Shown: one piece after another, positions 49,437 to 60,744 of the stretch | Position numbering within the stretch: the stretch's first letter is position 1 | How the letters are laid out: each line of letters starts with the position of its first letter | Origin: Fistulifera solaris | Lineage: Eukaryota | Assembly: GCA_030295235.1 (NCBI GenBank) | Contig: AP026151.1 | Coordinates: 744,001 to 808,000 of the forward strand | Length of the DNA stretch: 64,000 nt | Direction: 5' to 3' | Notes under the pieces: model-generated | Seen by the model: only the letters and a program-made list of their open reading frames with translations | Databases searched by the model: none | Told to the model about the DNA's origin: nothing | Made by a program: the position numbers and the translations under genes

Positions 49437-49709
49437 ACTATAGCTCAAAGTGTTAGTTTACAGAAACAGCGACTGGATTTCAGTCATGAGTAAAATATTC
49501 ATCTCGAGCCAAACTGCAACCGAGCCTGCATTCAATTAGAGGATTTGTTATAATTGATTTGTCTCTCTAACAAACTATTATCGATTGATCGCATTTAAAA
49601 TGCACGGATAGGTTCAAGATGTGGAGTATGCAAGCGGATTGTTAGTTTTCGCGCGACTATAACACGAAAGTGTTGGTTTAGAGGCATCACGACTGGATTT
49701 CAGCCATGA
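49437..49709 (+). repeat. Two direct copies of the hairpin element (49437-49489 and 49656-49709)
   Basis: ACTATAGctcAAAGTGTT...GCGACTGGATTTCAGTCATGA and ACTATAAcacgAAAGTGTT...CACGACTGGATTTCAGCCATGA. Confidence 0.82.
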
Positions 49710-49930
49710 ATTGTCGCGACGATCGTATACTTGGTCGCAACAAAAAACCGGCAAATGAAGATGCATTTCGAGTGATCATGCATCGGAAATTCAGTATGAA
49801 GTTGCTACTTGAACAGAAAGTCTGGGAGGAGTCCAGTTGTCAAAGACTGAAAAAAATTCTGTCAAATCTTGCAATGACACAAATTCTGTAGAAGCATTTT
49901 GAGGTAACGGAAATCTGTGACGGACCGCGT

Positions 49931-50400
49931 CATACAGATTTTCCGACCGATGACGGCAAATGCTATTCCAGATTTTCTGGAAACTCAAAACCACATTATA
50001 CAGAATTTTCGTCAGATGGTTCCGGACACGCAACACCATTTCAAACAGAATTTCCGTCCGATGACCCCAAACGCTGATCCAGACTTTCTGGACGCGAAAA
50101 CAAACATCATACAGAAATTCCGTCTCAAAACCCAAACTGACGGTCCAGATTTTCTGGAGATGTAAAAGACGTCGTGCAGAATTTCCGTCCTGCAGTATGA
50201 CCCCAAACCCCTGATAGACACTGGTCCAGATTTTCTGGACGCCAAATGCTGGTCCCGATTTTCTGGAAACGCAAAACCACATCGTACAGATTTTCCGTCT
50301 GATGACCCCAAACGTTTATCCAGATTTTCTGGAGGCGAAACAACTTCATACAGAATTTTCCGTCCGATGACGCGCCAAATGCTGCTTCAGATTTTCTGGA
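49931..50400. repeat. Degenerate minisatellite with ~66-bp unit (CATACAGAWTTTCCGTCCGATGACCCCAAA...TCCAGATTTTCTGGA...AAAACCACAT)
   Basis: About seven units; CCAGATTTTCTGG-type cores near 49968, 50079, 50145, 50226, 50254, 50320 and 50387. Confidence 0.88.
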
Positions 50401-50887
50401 TAGGCACAACATAACGATAGGCTTGCTTGACGATTATTTCTGAAGAGGAAGGCCAGGCGCGGTCTGTCCTTTCGGGTCTTTGTAGGTCTCTAGTCTCTAG
50501 TCGCGTCGTCGAGCGGCGGAGGTGCGCGATGATTTTTTATGTATACAACAAGAATTTTACTTAGTACAGACGGATACTGCTGTATCTTTTTGTATACATC
50601 GTCAGTTCTCGGAACGTTACCCAGCTCACGTAGGAGTTTTGCTCTCACTCTGAGCAGGATGTCAATTTGAACTTGAGCGAAATAATGATCACAGATGATA
50701 TCCATCCAAAATCCGAACGAATGAAAGCTAAATATTGACGAATGAAAGCTAGCAAAAGGCATCCGTGCCTTGAGCGAACGAATGATTTGGAATCAGGTAT
50801 CACAGATTACAAAGTGTAAAATGTCGTCACCTTGTTACTTATCACTCCATTTCTTGAAAGGTTTTTGAGCTAAACAAAGACAGAGAT

Positions 50888-52819
50888 ATGAATATAACGG
50901 CTCTATTATTGCTCCTGTTGTGTTTCTGTACTGCAGCACAATCAACGCCAGATGATGCTTCGAGATGTGTCAACGAAGAAAGTCGAACGGCCGACAACAC
51001 GTACGACTACATTGTGGTAGGCGCCGGTGCCAGTGGCGGCTTGGTGGCCTCTCGTTTGGCCCGAGCCGGATATCGCACGCTATTGTTGGATGCCGGTCCT
51101 CGGTTCCGCGATGAACCTGTTACGACAGTACCACTGATGTGGCCCTTGTCGACGGAAGATCGTGACATTGAATGGCGATTTCGCAGCTCCAACTCGGCGG
51201 TCGATCCGGGCCGTGACGCCGTCCTTTATCCCCGCGCGTCGACCATTGGCGGCAGTGCCTTGCACAATGCCATGCTGGCCATGTATCCGTTTCCCGACTG
51301 TTTCAGCAACTTACAACAACTCACGGGGGACGATGAATTTGCCGAAAACAAGATGAGAGCGCGCTTTCAGCGCATCGAGAAGTGTGAATACATTCAACCA
51401 AGCAACAAGTTGTTAAAGAAAGGACACGGATTCCAAGGTTTCATGAGCACGAGTCTAGCAGATTTGGGACTCGCGGTGAAACCGGGCTTTCTCGATCCTC
51501 AACTCGTGGCCGTCGTCAAACGATTCGTCTTGACCGCGGTTCCTCAAAATTCAATTGCTCGTTTCTTCCAAAGCCTCAAGAAATTTCCCAAAAATCTGCC
51601 GCTCATCTTTGACATCAATGCCCCGGGTGCCAATCTCCGCGAAGGAGCTCATCTGACACCCAGTTCCATCAGTCCGGCCAAGGGGAGCGTCCGATCCAGT
51701 GTCGCCGATCTCATTTACGAAACCGAGCAGTCGACGTCAACCTTGACCGTGAAAGACAATTCCTTTGTCACCCAAATATTGTTTGATACCGGCGATACTC
51801 CCATAGCGTACGGCGTCCGAGTGCAAGAAGGGACGGCGCTGTACAGTATCGCTACCGGCACACGGACGGTGGGAGCCGAAACCATGTATTTTGCCAACAA
51901 AGAAGTCATTCTAGCCGGTGGAACCTTCAATACACCCCAGATCCTCATGCTGAGTGGTGTGGGTCCCGCACAGCATCTTGCCGAACACAATATATCCGTG
52001 TTGGTCGATTCGCCCGGTGTCGGTGAGAATCTACACGACAAGTTAGAAGCCACCATGAATTGGCAAATGCCTCGTACATGGAAGTTATTTCAACAGGGAT
52101 GTACCTTCTTGAAGCCGACACCCGAAGAAGATCCCTGCTTTGTTCGATTTCAAAACGGTGAATTTCCCAGTCTGTATTCTTCGTCGGGGACATTGATCGC
52201 CATTCAACGCAAATCGGATCCAGCGGTGCCGTACCCGGACATGTACGTGCAGATTGCCGTCAACAAATTTCAAGGATACCAGGACGGGTGGGTCAATACG
52301 ACGTTCTACGACGGCGAAGACGATACATTGTCCATTCATACCATGAATACACGGTCGGGGCCAGGGAAAGGATCGGTTCGACTCGTTTCGTCAAGTCCTT
52401 TCGATTCGGTAGCAATTGACTTCAATGGATACGACGATATCGATTTGGAAAAGTCGGCTCGTGTCTTTCAAGACATGCGTCGAACATTCCGTCGATTGCA
52501 ACGGTTGGGTGTCGTCGGCGAAGAAATCGCCCCAGGAAACGTTGTCGAATCGTTTGACGACATCAAAGCATGGGTCCGAGCGAATGGATGGGGTCATCAT
52601 CCGATGGGGACCGCGAAAATCGGAAGTGACGACGACGTCATGGCGGTGGTGGACGGACAACTTCGTGTCCGTGGTGTCCAGCGACTACGCGTCGTCGATG
52701 CGAGTGTGTTTCCCGATCAAGCGGGCTTTTATCCCATGGTTCCTATATATATGATGGCAGAGAAAGCGGCGGATGATATTCTTCGTGACGCTAAATCGAC
52801 AACATCCCAGTGCGGCTAA
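50888..52819 (+). CDS. Secreted GMC oxidoreductase (choline dehydrogenase-like), intronless
   Basis: Signal peptide, YDYIVVGAGASG, YPRASTIGGS..HNAM, EVILAGGTFNTPQILMLSGVG, VGENLHD, HHPMGT, LRVVDASVFP. Confidence 0.93.
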   Translation: MNITALLLLLLCFCTAAQSTPDDASRCVNEESRTADNTYDYIVVGAGASGGLVASRLARAGYRTLLLDAGPRFRDEPVTTVPLMWPLSTEDRDIEWRFRSSNSAVDPGRDAVLYPRASTIGGSALHNAMLAMYPFPDCFSNLQQLTGDDEFAENKMRARFQRIEKCEYIQPSNKLLKKGHGFQGFMSTSLADLGLAVKPGFLDPQLVAVVKRFVLTAVPQNSIARFFQSLKKFPKNLPLIFDINAPGANLREGAHLTPSSISPAKGSVRSSVADLIYETEQSTSTLTVKDNSFVTQILFDTGDTPIAYGVRVQEGTALYSIATGTRTVGAETMYFANKEVILAGGTFNTPQILMLSGVGPAQHLAEHNISVLVDSPGVGENLHDKLEATMNWQMPRTWKLFQQGCTFLKPTPEEDPCFVRFQNGEFPSLYSSSGTLIAIQRKSDPAVPYPDMYVQIAVNKFQGYQDGWVNTTFYDGEDDTLSIHTMNTRSGPGKGSVRLVSSSPFDSVAIDFNGYDDIDLEKSARVFQDMRRTFRRLQRLGVVGEEIAPGNVVESFDDIKAWVRANGWGHHPMGTAKIGSDDDVMAVVDGQLRVRGVQRLRVVDASVFPDQAGFYPMVPIYMMAEKAADDILRDAKSTTSQCG

Positions 52820-52915
52820 ATCAAACCTAGACAATACAATGTGGCGCTCCCAAATTAGATACAACTCTCGAGCAAGTTATTATTTCATAGTTTTCTGCTT
52901 CGTTCTTGTTTTCTC

Positions 52916-53175
52916 CAATAGAGCCTTTCAGATCGCTATTTCGCCACGACTGCATTTCAGTCATGAATAACAATGGAAAAAATCCAGATTTTCTGGAGAC
53001 GTCGAAATATCAGTCATCCAGATTTTCTGGATGTGTAAAAAGACCAATCGCCAAGATTTTCTGGACAAATACCACACTCCCAGATTTTCTGGAGACGTCA
53101 AAATACCACTCCGCCAGATTTTTTGAGACGTCAAAATACCACTCGCCCAGATTTTCTGGACGCAGCACGTCAAAA
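52916..53175 (+). repeat. Hairpin element (52916-52966) followed by an array of CCAGATTTTCTGG with ~33-bp period
   Basis: CCACGACTGCATTTCAGTCATGA, then six cores between 52984 and 53160 with GAGACGTCAAAATACCACTC-type spacers. Confidence 0.85.
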
Positions 53176-53269
53176 TTCTTTCGCAATGCAAATACCAGAT
53201 AGTAATCTTTGATTGCGCTCTCCAAAGCATCAGCTGCGAGCTCAACAAAGCAAACTAAATATGACACTG

Positions 53270-53460
53270 ATGAAAGCACGACCTTTTTTAGCCGGTTGCT
53301 TTGGCTTCCCCTCGACGCAAGCTACCATTTTCCCTCTTTCCCCGTGTGGGTTGCTTTGCTCGGTTTTTAACCTTTCGTTTCGAAATCACCCACCTTGATA
53401 AGTTCTCTAAATATTTTCAAAATGACAGCGCCATGTCACATTGGCAAACGGGCGAATACA
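53270..53460 (+). pseudogene. Degenerate 5' fragment of the neighbouring 54141-55013 gene
   Basis: Shares TTTCCCCGTGTGGGTTGCTTTGCTCG and GACAGCGCCATG..TGGCAAACGGG with 54207-54322; broken by indels and stops. Confidence 0.78.
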
Positions 53461-54140
53461 AAGATTAGCCATATGTTTTCAAGATGCTCGAGAGACCGTT
53501 GAAAAGGGCAACTAGAGAGGTCTATAGTTAGCGAAACGCTTTTGCGAGACCTCATGATCAATGAGCACGTCCCCAATCCCCGCAATCTTAATAAATCTTC
53601 GGAATTCTCTTTTCCTTTTTGCTCCCTTCTGACCTCTGACCATTGACCCTATTGACCATTGACCATACTTCATGCTTCATCAGTCAGTCGTCATCAGTAA
53701 TCAGTACCGGTACCGGTACCGTTTCCTTCACAGCGTCGCCGTAGTTTCAATACGTACATAACGTCGCGATTATTACTCCGTACAAGATTACATAGTCACA
53801 CGTCACACACGTTTTCACGTTTTCACACGCAAAAAGAAGGCGTGTCATCGGCTTGTGTCGTCAGTCGTGAGTCGTCAGTCGTCAGATTTAACACTCTGCC
53901 ATTGTGTCTACCTGTACAATGCGTTGCATAGTCGCTTTAGATTAGAACTCTTGTTCTTCTTTCGATTTCGGCAATCACTAAGTACCGGTAATAGTAGCGA
54001 CTTTGTAGCGACGAGAACAAAAAGCAGCTCATTCCGTCGATCTTATTGCAATGAAACATCGCAAAGACAAAGCAATACATACAATTGCCTATTGCCTCGC
54101 TCAAAGAACAAATAAGTAAAAGATACACGTTTTGGAAAAG

Positions 54141-55013
54141 ATGAAGATCCACACTTTACTTCTACTCGCTTACAGCAGCTTTGCCCATGCCACCATCTTT
54201 CCTCTCTTTCCCCGTGTGGGTTGCTTTGCTCGCTTCGCTACGTTCCGTTTCGATATTGGCAACCCCCACCAATACCGGAGGTACTTTCGCGACGACAGCG
54301 CCATGACGCTATGGCAAACGGGTCGTTACGTGGGCGCCGAAGCCATTCGAGAATATGTCGACTTTGTGACCCCTAGCAATCCGTTGTGGTCGTCGAATGA
54401 GCAACTGGATGTGACCGTCAAGTTCGTCCAATTCGATCGAGAGGCCAGTCAATGCCAGTTCTTGGCCTTGTATCATTACAATTACGAGATTGACGAGTCT
54501 TTGGGAACTATCGCTTCGAATTACACCGTCGCCAACATGGTCAAGTTGTTCTTCAATGTGAAACGGCGCTACATTCCCAAGATTCACGTGTTCTACACCG
54601 AAGATTATGTCAACTTGCTGTTCGGAACGTTCTTTCATACAGCCGAGACCCTTGCCTTCATTTGCAACGTGTACGAAGGAAGCACGTGTGCTTCCCAACT
54701 GGATCCGCCCACGGATTGTGTCGCGCAATTGAGTGCCTTGGATCAAACAGGAACCGACGGACGCGTTGATGGAAACTCCGTCGGTTGTCGCATGTTGCAC
54801 GCCGTCTTGGCGGAATCTCGCCGCGTGCATTGTCCCCACATTTCGTTCGAGCCGTTGGCCGATTTTCAGAACCAAATCAAGTGTCAAACGGAAGGAAGTC
54901 TGACCGTGTCGGATCTCTTTACGACTGAGGATCTAGAGGCTTTTGACGAGTATGCCGTAGCAAGAGGTTTGAATCCTAACATCGGCCATGACTGGACCGA
55001 TGGCAGTGTTTGA
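54141..55013 (+). CDS. Secreted protein of unknown function: possible NTF2/SnoaL-like N-terminal part and Cys/His-rich C-terminal domain
   Basis: Signal peptide MKIHTLLLLAYSSFAHA, GRYVGAEAIREYV, GNSVGCRMLHAVLAESRRVHCPHIS. Confidence 0.7.
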   Translation: MKIHTLLLLAYSSFAHATIFPLFPRVGCFARFATFRFDIGNPHQYRRYFRDDSAMTLWQTGRYVGAEAIREYVDFVTPSNPLWSSNEQLDVTVKFVQFDREASQCQFLALYHYNYEIDESLGTIASNYTVANMVKLFFNVKRRYIPKIHVFYTEDYVNLLFGTFFHTAETLAFICNVYEGSTCASQLDPPTDCVAQLSALDQTGTDGRVDGNSVGCRMLHAVLAESRRVHCPHISFEPLADFQNQIKCQTEGSLTVSDLFTTEDLEAFDEYAVARGLNPNIGHDWTDGSV

Positions 55014-55429
55014 CTCCTCGCCGAAGATGTAAAGAGCCGATTGAAGTTTTCTACTTTGTAAGAGCCCATTTTGTAACACACTCACACTTTATAGTAATCG
55101 ATTTTCTTTTTGTGATGATAACCATTACCCTGGTATGAATGATACCTGCGGTAGACTGCGGTAGACTCATTTTTCTCTGGTGTCGACGTTTTGTCGTTTT
55201 GTTTTACTTTGTTACACACGTGTGCAAAACCACTTCGAACGCTAGTACGACACGAAGACGATCCAGGATATTCCCTCCAACAACAATGGCAGCCGCGCCG
55301 CGGTTTTATCGTCGCATGCGAGATCTTTTGTTGTTGCGCAAGTTATATTACAAAGAGGATCATCACCATTGATAATCCGTCATTCATAGTAGATAACTAG
55401 AGAATATTATCGGGTCGTTCTTCTAGAGC

Positions 55430-58400
55430 ATGAAGGAAACCACGAGTCGATTCTTCGCGAAAGAAAGCAAAAAGACGACGCTGTCAGTCGATCCTCGTCG
55501 CCCGTCGAGAAAGATGAGACTGCCTGCGTACCGGCTTCGACGAATGTATTCAATCAATTGCCCAAAGCTACGAAACAAACCGACAAAAGCGACGACTTTG
55601 AGGAATGCTTACGGCGCGCGCAATACGAATTAGAATACGATGCGTATCGTGGTATCAAAACGTTATTGAATGATGAATCATCCAATGAGATTCCTCCCAG
55701 TCCCTGGCAAGTGTGTCAATTTGGGAGTGTTTCCACAACTTCTACGAATACCGCAACCTCCATGATTGAATCGATCTACCAATGTTCCTGTCCGACCTTA
55801 CAAGAATGGTGTGACGATCTGCAGAAAAGAGTAAGCGCCGCAAATCGTCAACGCCACGGAAACAACATGGTTGTTCCAACAATCCCTTTGTCTTTTATCG
55901 TCGGGAGGTGTTCTGGAGGATATTAAACAAGATCGATGGCGAGCCTTTGGACAAACGCTGCGGGATACTGCCGAGGAAAAGGCGAATGTGTACCCCGCGG
56001 ACACGCAACAACTCATCGATCGCATTCGCACGTCCTTTCGCGTCCCGACCGAACGGATACGAGCCTACTATCAAGATTTAGTCGGACCCGAACGCGTCAA
56101 AGAGGGTTTGCGGGCCGTCCTGAAACACAATGATCATCTCGTATTTTCGTTGGAAGACGATAGCGAAGAACCCGACGACAAAGACACGTTGCTTTTGAGT
56201 TGTCCTCCCGGCATGGAAAATTTAGGAGCCACTTGCTATTTGAATACACAATTACAATGCTTGGCACAGAATTTACGGTTCGTCGAAGGCATTCTGTCGT
56301 ATCCATCCATGGGAGAGGATCGGATGAGTGTGATTTTGCGGCAATTTCAGAGTTTGTTGCGCGACATGACCTTGGGGCCTTGCAGAGAAATCAATACCGT
56401 TGAATTCACCGAATCTTTGGGATTGGATCATGCCGAACAGCAAGATCCGAATGAATTCAGTCGACTCTTTTTGGATAAATTGCACACGAGTTTTCGGCAA
56501 CATGAAAATGAAGCCGACGAACTGTTGCCGTTTTTGTTTCAAGGGATACAACAGTACGAAACCACGTGTCGGGGATGCGGTTCCGTGTCTAAACGACCCG
56601 AACAATTTATGGATTTGAATCTACCCATTATTCCGAAAAAGAAGGGGAGTGTGCTGGAAATGATAGCGGATCCATCGGTGCAAGATTGTTTTGCAGCGGC
56701 GTATACGCAAGAAGAATTGCTGGAAGGCGACAATCAATACTTTTGCGACACGTGCCAGGGCAAACAAAACGCGACACGAAAGGTGACCTTTCAGAAACTT
56801 CCACCGATATTGAACATTCAATTGAATCGTTACGTGTACAACATGCAGACATTTATGAAACAAAAGGTAGAGCAGCCCGTTTTGTTGAATGAGGATTTCC
56901 GGATCAAGGATCGAAAATACCGGCTGGTGGCGGTCATGAAACACAAAGGACGTTCGGCGTATCACGGTCACTATATCGCTGAGGCTATGGATTGGTGTAC
57001 CGGACTATGGTACGAGTTCAATGATACCGTTGTCACGTGGTTGGAAGATGGACCACGCAATGCGAGCCATAGTGCGTCTTCGAGCAAAAAACTGCCCGCG
57101 GGGTCGTCCGAGGCTTACAACATGTACTATGTGGATGAGGAATTCTTGGCGCAGTGTGTGTGGGAAGCTTGTCTGAGTCGAAGCAAACAACAATATACTC
57201 CTCTTTATCATGAATTACATCAGCGATGTGACCAAGAGCGTAAGTTTTGGAAATCCATGCAAGATCAAAAGAAGTATATTCGTGACAATACGAATGTTTT
57301 TCAGAAATTGAATTCGTCTGCCGTTTGGGTTGACAATGATACATGGGAGCTTTTTGTGAAATGCCAACCCGATTCTTTGTTTTACGAGACGTGTCCGCAC
57401 GGCCAAGGTTTATCACCGCGAGACGCTCGACAAGGAAAGTTGATACCACCAAGTGTCTTTGAGGTCTTTTGCCAATTGACTGATCAACAGATTGATGAAT
57501 CAACGTTGATAACACCGAAAAGTAATCTGTTTTGTGACGAATGTACAGCCGAGTACCGAGAATCACTCGCATCGAAAGTGAAGATAGTGGAAACAGCAAG
57601 GCGCATTCTTCACGCTGTCCAACAAAAATGATCCCGAGGCGACGAATGCTGATGATCCTTACACGTTCGTCGTTTCACGAAAGTTTATCACGTCATTTAA
57701 AGGAGATATGTCGAAGCTTGCCAAAGCGGTTGTTGCCGCGAACGATGACTTGAGTAATGTAGACGTCTCGTCATTTTTCGGTGAAGCTATTGTCAATCAA
57801 TGCATATCATGTAAGTGCAAACGGCGTTGGTAACGGTGTGCGAGTTATAGCGAACATGTAACAAACTAATTAGCCTGTTCACCATTGGTTTAGGTGAACA
57901 TAAAAACTGCGAAATCACCAACAAGCGACGCGTCGCCCTAGTTTCACGGAGTGTGTGGACGGACATCATGCAACTATATCCAAATTCGATCGAGCACAAG
58001 CGTCTTTTTCGGCCAGAGGATGACGTCGATTATACTTGTCCACACTGTAGAGCCTTTTCAACTGCCTTGGATACGAAACGTGAGTATTTGTCGGAGCTTC
58101 TGCGATTCAAATTGGACACGCTTAGCCCGAGCGAATTAGTTGGCCTGGATCAGGAAGACTATAAAGAATTTTCATTTCGCATCATTCACTCGGACGACTG
58201 GACCATTTGGAATCGTTTTTTACAGGCTGCAAAGAGGCAACTAGATTGCGGTACAATATCCGATCAAGCAAAGGCTGTTTTAAAGCAGGTCAACGGCTGG
58301 GATTATGAGAAGTACAGATCGATACAAGATGCTTCTGGTAGCACAGCAGAGTTCCTTTCTCGCACGATTCATCCTTTCGTATGCCGCGCTCATGGGCAGC

Positions 58401-59947
58401 CTCTTGAATCAGCTCTTTTCCTTGCAAATAAAACCCCAAATCGCCTTGTTGAAGACAAGCTGTTGATAATGGGAGACCCGATGTATAGAAAGCTCACAAA
58501 TCACTGGGAACGCGTTACCAGGGAGGTCTTGGTAGATGAAGCTGACGCTGAAACCACGAGCTCGATGCAATGGCTTCATCCGTCATTTCGGCACATACAA
58601 TCGGGCAAGACAGGAGTTCCTTTTGTCATTTCATCCGATATGGTCTCCATGCGGTTTATTTTGGAAGGCCAAGTTTGCAAAGACGCAGAATGCAACTCGA
58701 ATTATTGCCTCTGGTTAAATTCGTGCAAAACCCCGGGCAGTGCTGCACATGAGCCGATTGCGATCGATATGGATGGAGTATCACTGCCTGGAGTGACCTT
58801 GTCGGTTTTTGAAGTAGAACCTGGAACGACCACGGAAAATTTTACTGCTGATAAAGAGGGTGCAGCGACAGCCGAAGAAACATCCATGGATCAAATGCAA
58901 AGTCTTCGTCGTTCCACTCGCAAAAGGAAATCGCGATATCCCAAAGGATGCATATTGTCGGAACAATCATTAAACATCAATATGCAATCAAACCTCGCTG
59001 CGCTTCGTCTTTTCTTGCTCGAGCGGTGTACGGAAGGGAGTCCGTTTGAAGTTTCCCATACCATTCAATTGCTTGTCCCATACGAGGAAGGCCAAGATCA
59101 GGGATACCGTGTGATTGATTTACCACTGGATAAATCAGCTGAAAAACTGGAAGATATTCTTGCGGAAGACATGAAATTGCCGTTTGTCGACATTCCCAAA
59201 AGTTTAATTAGTAGAATAGTCATCACACGTCAGGCACTCGAAATGGTTGGCGGAATGCCAAAAGAGGCACTTTTAGACCATTTCATGAGCATTTCCAGCG
59301 ATGTGCAGCCCGTTCGCAAGAAACGACGCGTCGAACGGGGATTCACGGGAACGTTTCTGAGTTCGAACCCGTCGAACCACGAGGAAGAAGAAGGTAAAAG
59401 TGACAATGACTCCGTGGCTGACGAACTTGGATTGAGCTTCATTCTCCAAACGGGTGCTGACGAGGACGATGAATCAGTTCGCATGTTACCAAATCCTCAA
59501 GAAAGGACTGGCCTGGTACGTGCTACATCAGAGATTGATACCGATACCGACGGTGATTCGATTCAAGTTTTAGGAGGTCCATCTGCTGTGCAAAAGGAAT
59601 CGATGATTCAGCCATCATCTCCACAACAAGATAAGCAAATGACTCGAAGTGGACTAATTTCCGTCGCTTCCTCCTCCTCCGACGACGACTCGTTTCTCCA
59701 CGGTGGACCTGTATTTCAAACATCACCCGAGGCCAAACAAAGAAGTGAAAAACGTCATCAGGAACGACAACTGAGAGAGCGCATTCACGATCTGGTTCGT
59801 TTGTTGGAGCAGAATCCTGACGTTGTTAATCGATCCAATATGTTCCTTGCCGCAGAAAAAGCCATTCAAGAACAGCCGGATTTATCTATCGACGATTTAC
59901 TATTGCATGCGTACTGTCACTACATCGAGATTCAGCCTTCCACGTAA
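55430..59947 (+). CDS. USP48/UBP26-like ubiquitin-specific protease (several frameshifts and an intron)
   Basis: GMENLGATCYLNTQLQ, QQDPNEF, LEGDNQYFCDTC, LNIQLNRYVY, HKGRSAYHGHY, CPHG. Confidence 0.85.
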
Positions 59948-60347
59948 CTGAGTTGACGACCAGTAAAAAATCGTTGCTTGGACGAATGCAATGGTTCAAT
60001 TCAGCTTTCTCCGCTCGTTGCGGACGCTAGTCGTCCGGTCGGTGATATATTCAGACTAATTGCAAAGCACATGACGAGGGCGAACTTGTAGAAAGACTGT
60101 CGAGTGATTCCATCTTGCGACCTGTTGTTGCGATTATAAATTCCGAACGATGGTCAGGTTCAATTCACAAGGATGAATCGGCCGAGAATTCTTTTCAACG
60201 AGTTTCGCAGTTTGAGACGTGAATTGCAACTACTGCTATTGTAAATATAGTTGTACTTTATAACGCCATCATGATCATTTGAGACCAAAGTTATAGATCA
60301 GATCCGATGAAGTCACTATACGTTAGGTCTCATTATTTATACGTGAT

Positions 60348-60398
60348 TCATGACCAAATGCAGTCGTGGCAATAACGAAATACACTTTGGACAATAGT
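60348..60398 (-). repeat. Dispersed hairpin element copy
   Basis: TCATGACCAAATGCAGTCGTGG...ACACTTTGGACAATAGT. Confidence 0.75.
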
Positions 60399-60744
60399 AG
60401 CCTTGCAGCGGAACGATCCGAAACGATGTGTGACAGGAAAGTGAGTCGAGGAATGCATTGCAAACGCCTCGAAAAAGAAACTTGTGTTGCTCTGATGTTA
60501 GGAACAAGCAGATCTTATTTTCAATATTAGGTATTGGCAACGGAAACCGAAATGTTTCAATTCGACGACGCTCATGCATTTCCATTTATTTTTTCTCCGG
60601 CTACAGAAGTTGCTGAAATCTCATAATGTGCAAGTTGACAAGTGATTGTGAGAGAAAACAAATCTATTGATGCAGTTGGCGTATTGTTTATTATTATTAG
60701 GAAGAAACGAATTACAGTGGATGATTGTTGATTTCCCTAATTTT

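Noticed and set aside
46049..49709. Composite transposon carrying the DEAD-box helicase between inverted hairpin elements
   Set aside because: The ACTATAG termini point toward the gene, so the gene lies outside both elements; the helicase is an ordinary intron-containing RNA helicase, not a Helitron Pif1 helicase.
49791..50412. ORFs with repeated QKIW/SRKSG/PENL peptides (also 52906-53279 and 10426-10725)
   Set aside because: These are translations of the DNA repeat in several frames, with no frame-specific conservation.
49931..53175. CRISPR array interpretation of the CCAGATTTTCTGG repeat-spacer pattern
   Set aside because: The conserved core is only ~13 bp, spacers are homologous to each other, the context is eukaryotic and no cas genes are present; this is a minisatellite.
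41392..59947. Ubiquitin-system cluster (two USPs and a RING ligase, plus the UIM protein at 9.6 kb)
   Set aside because: These are large, common eukaryotic families interspersed with unrelated genes; chance adjacency is sufficient.
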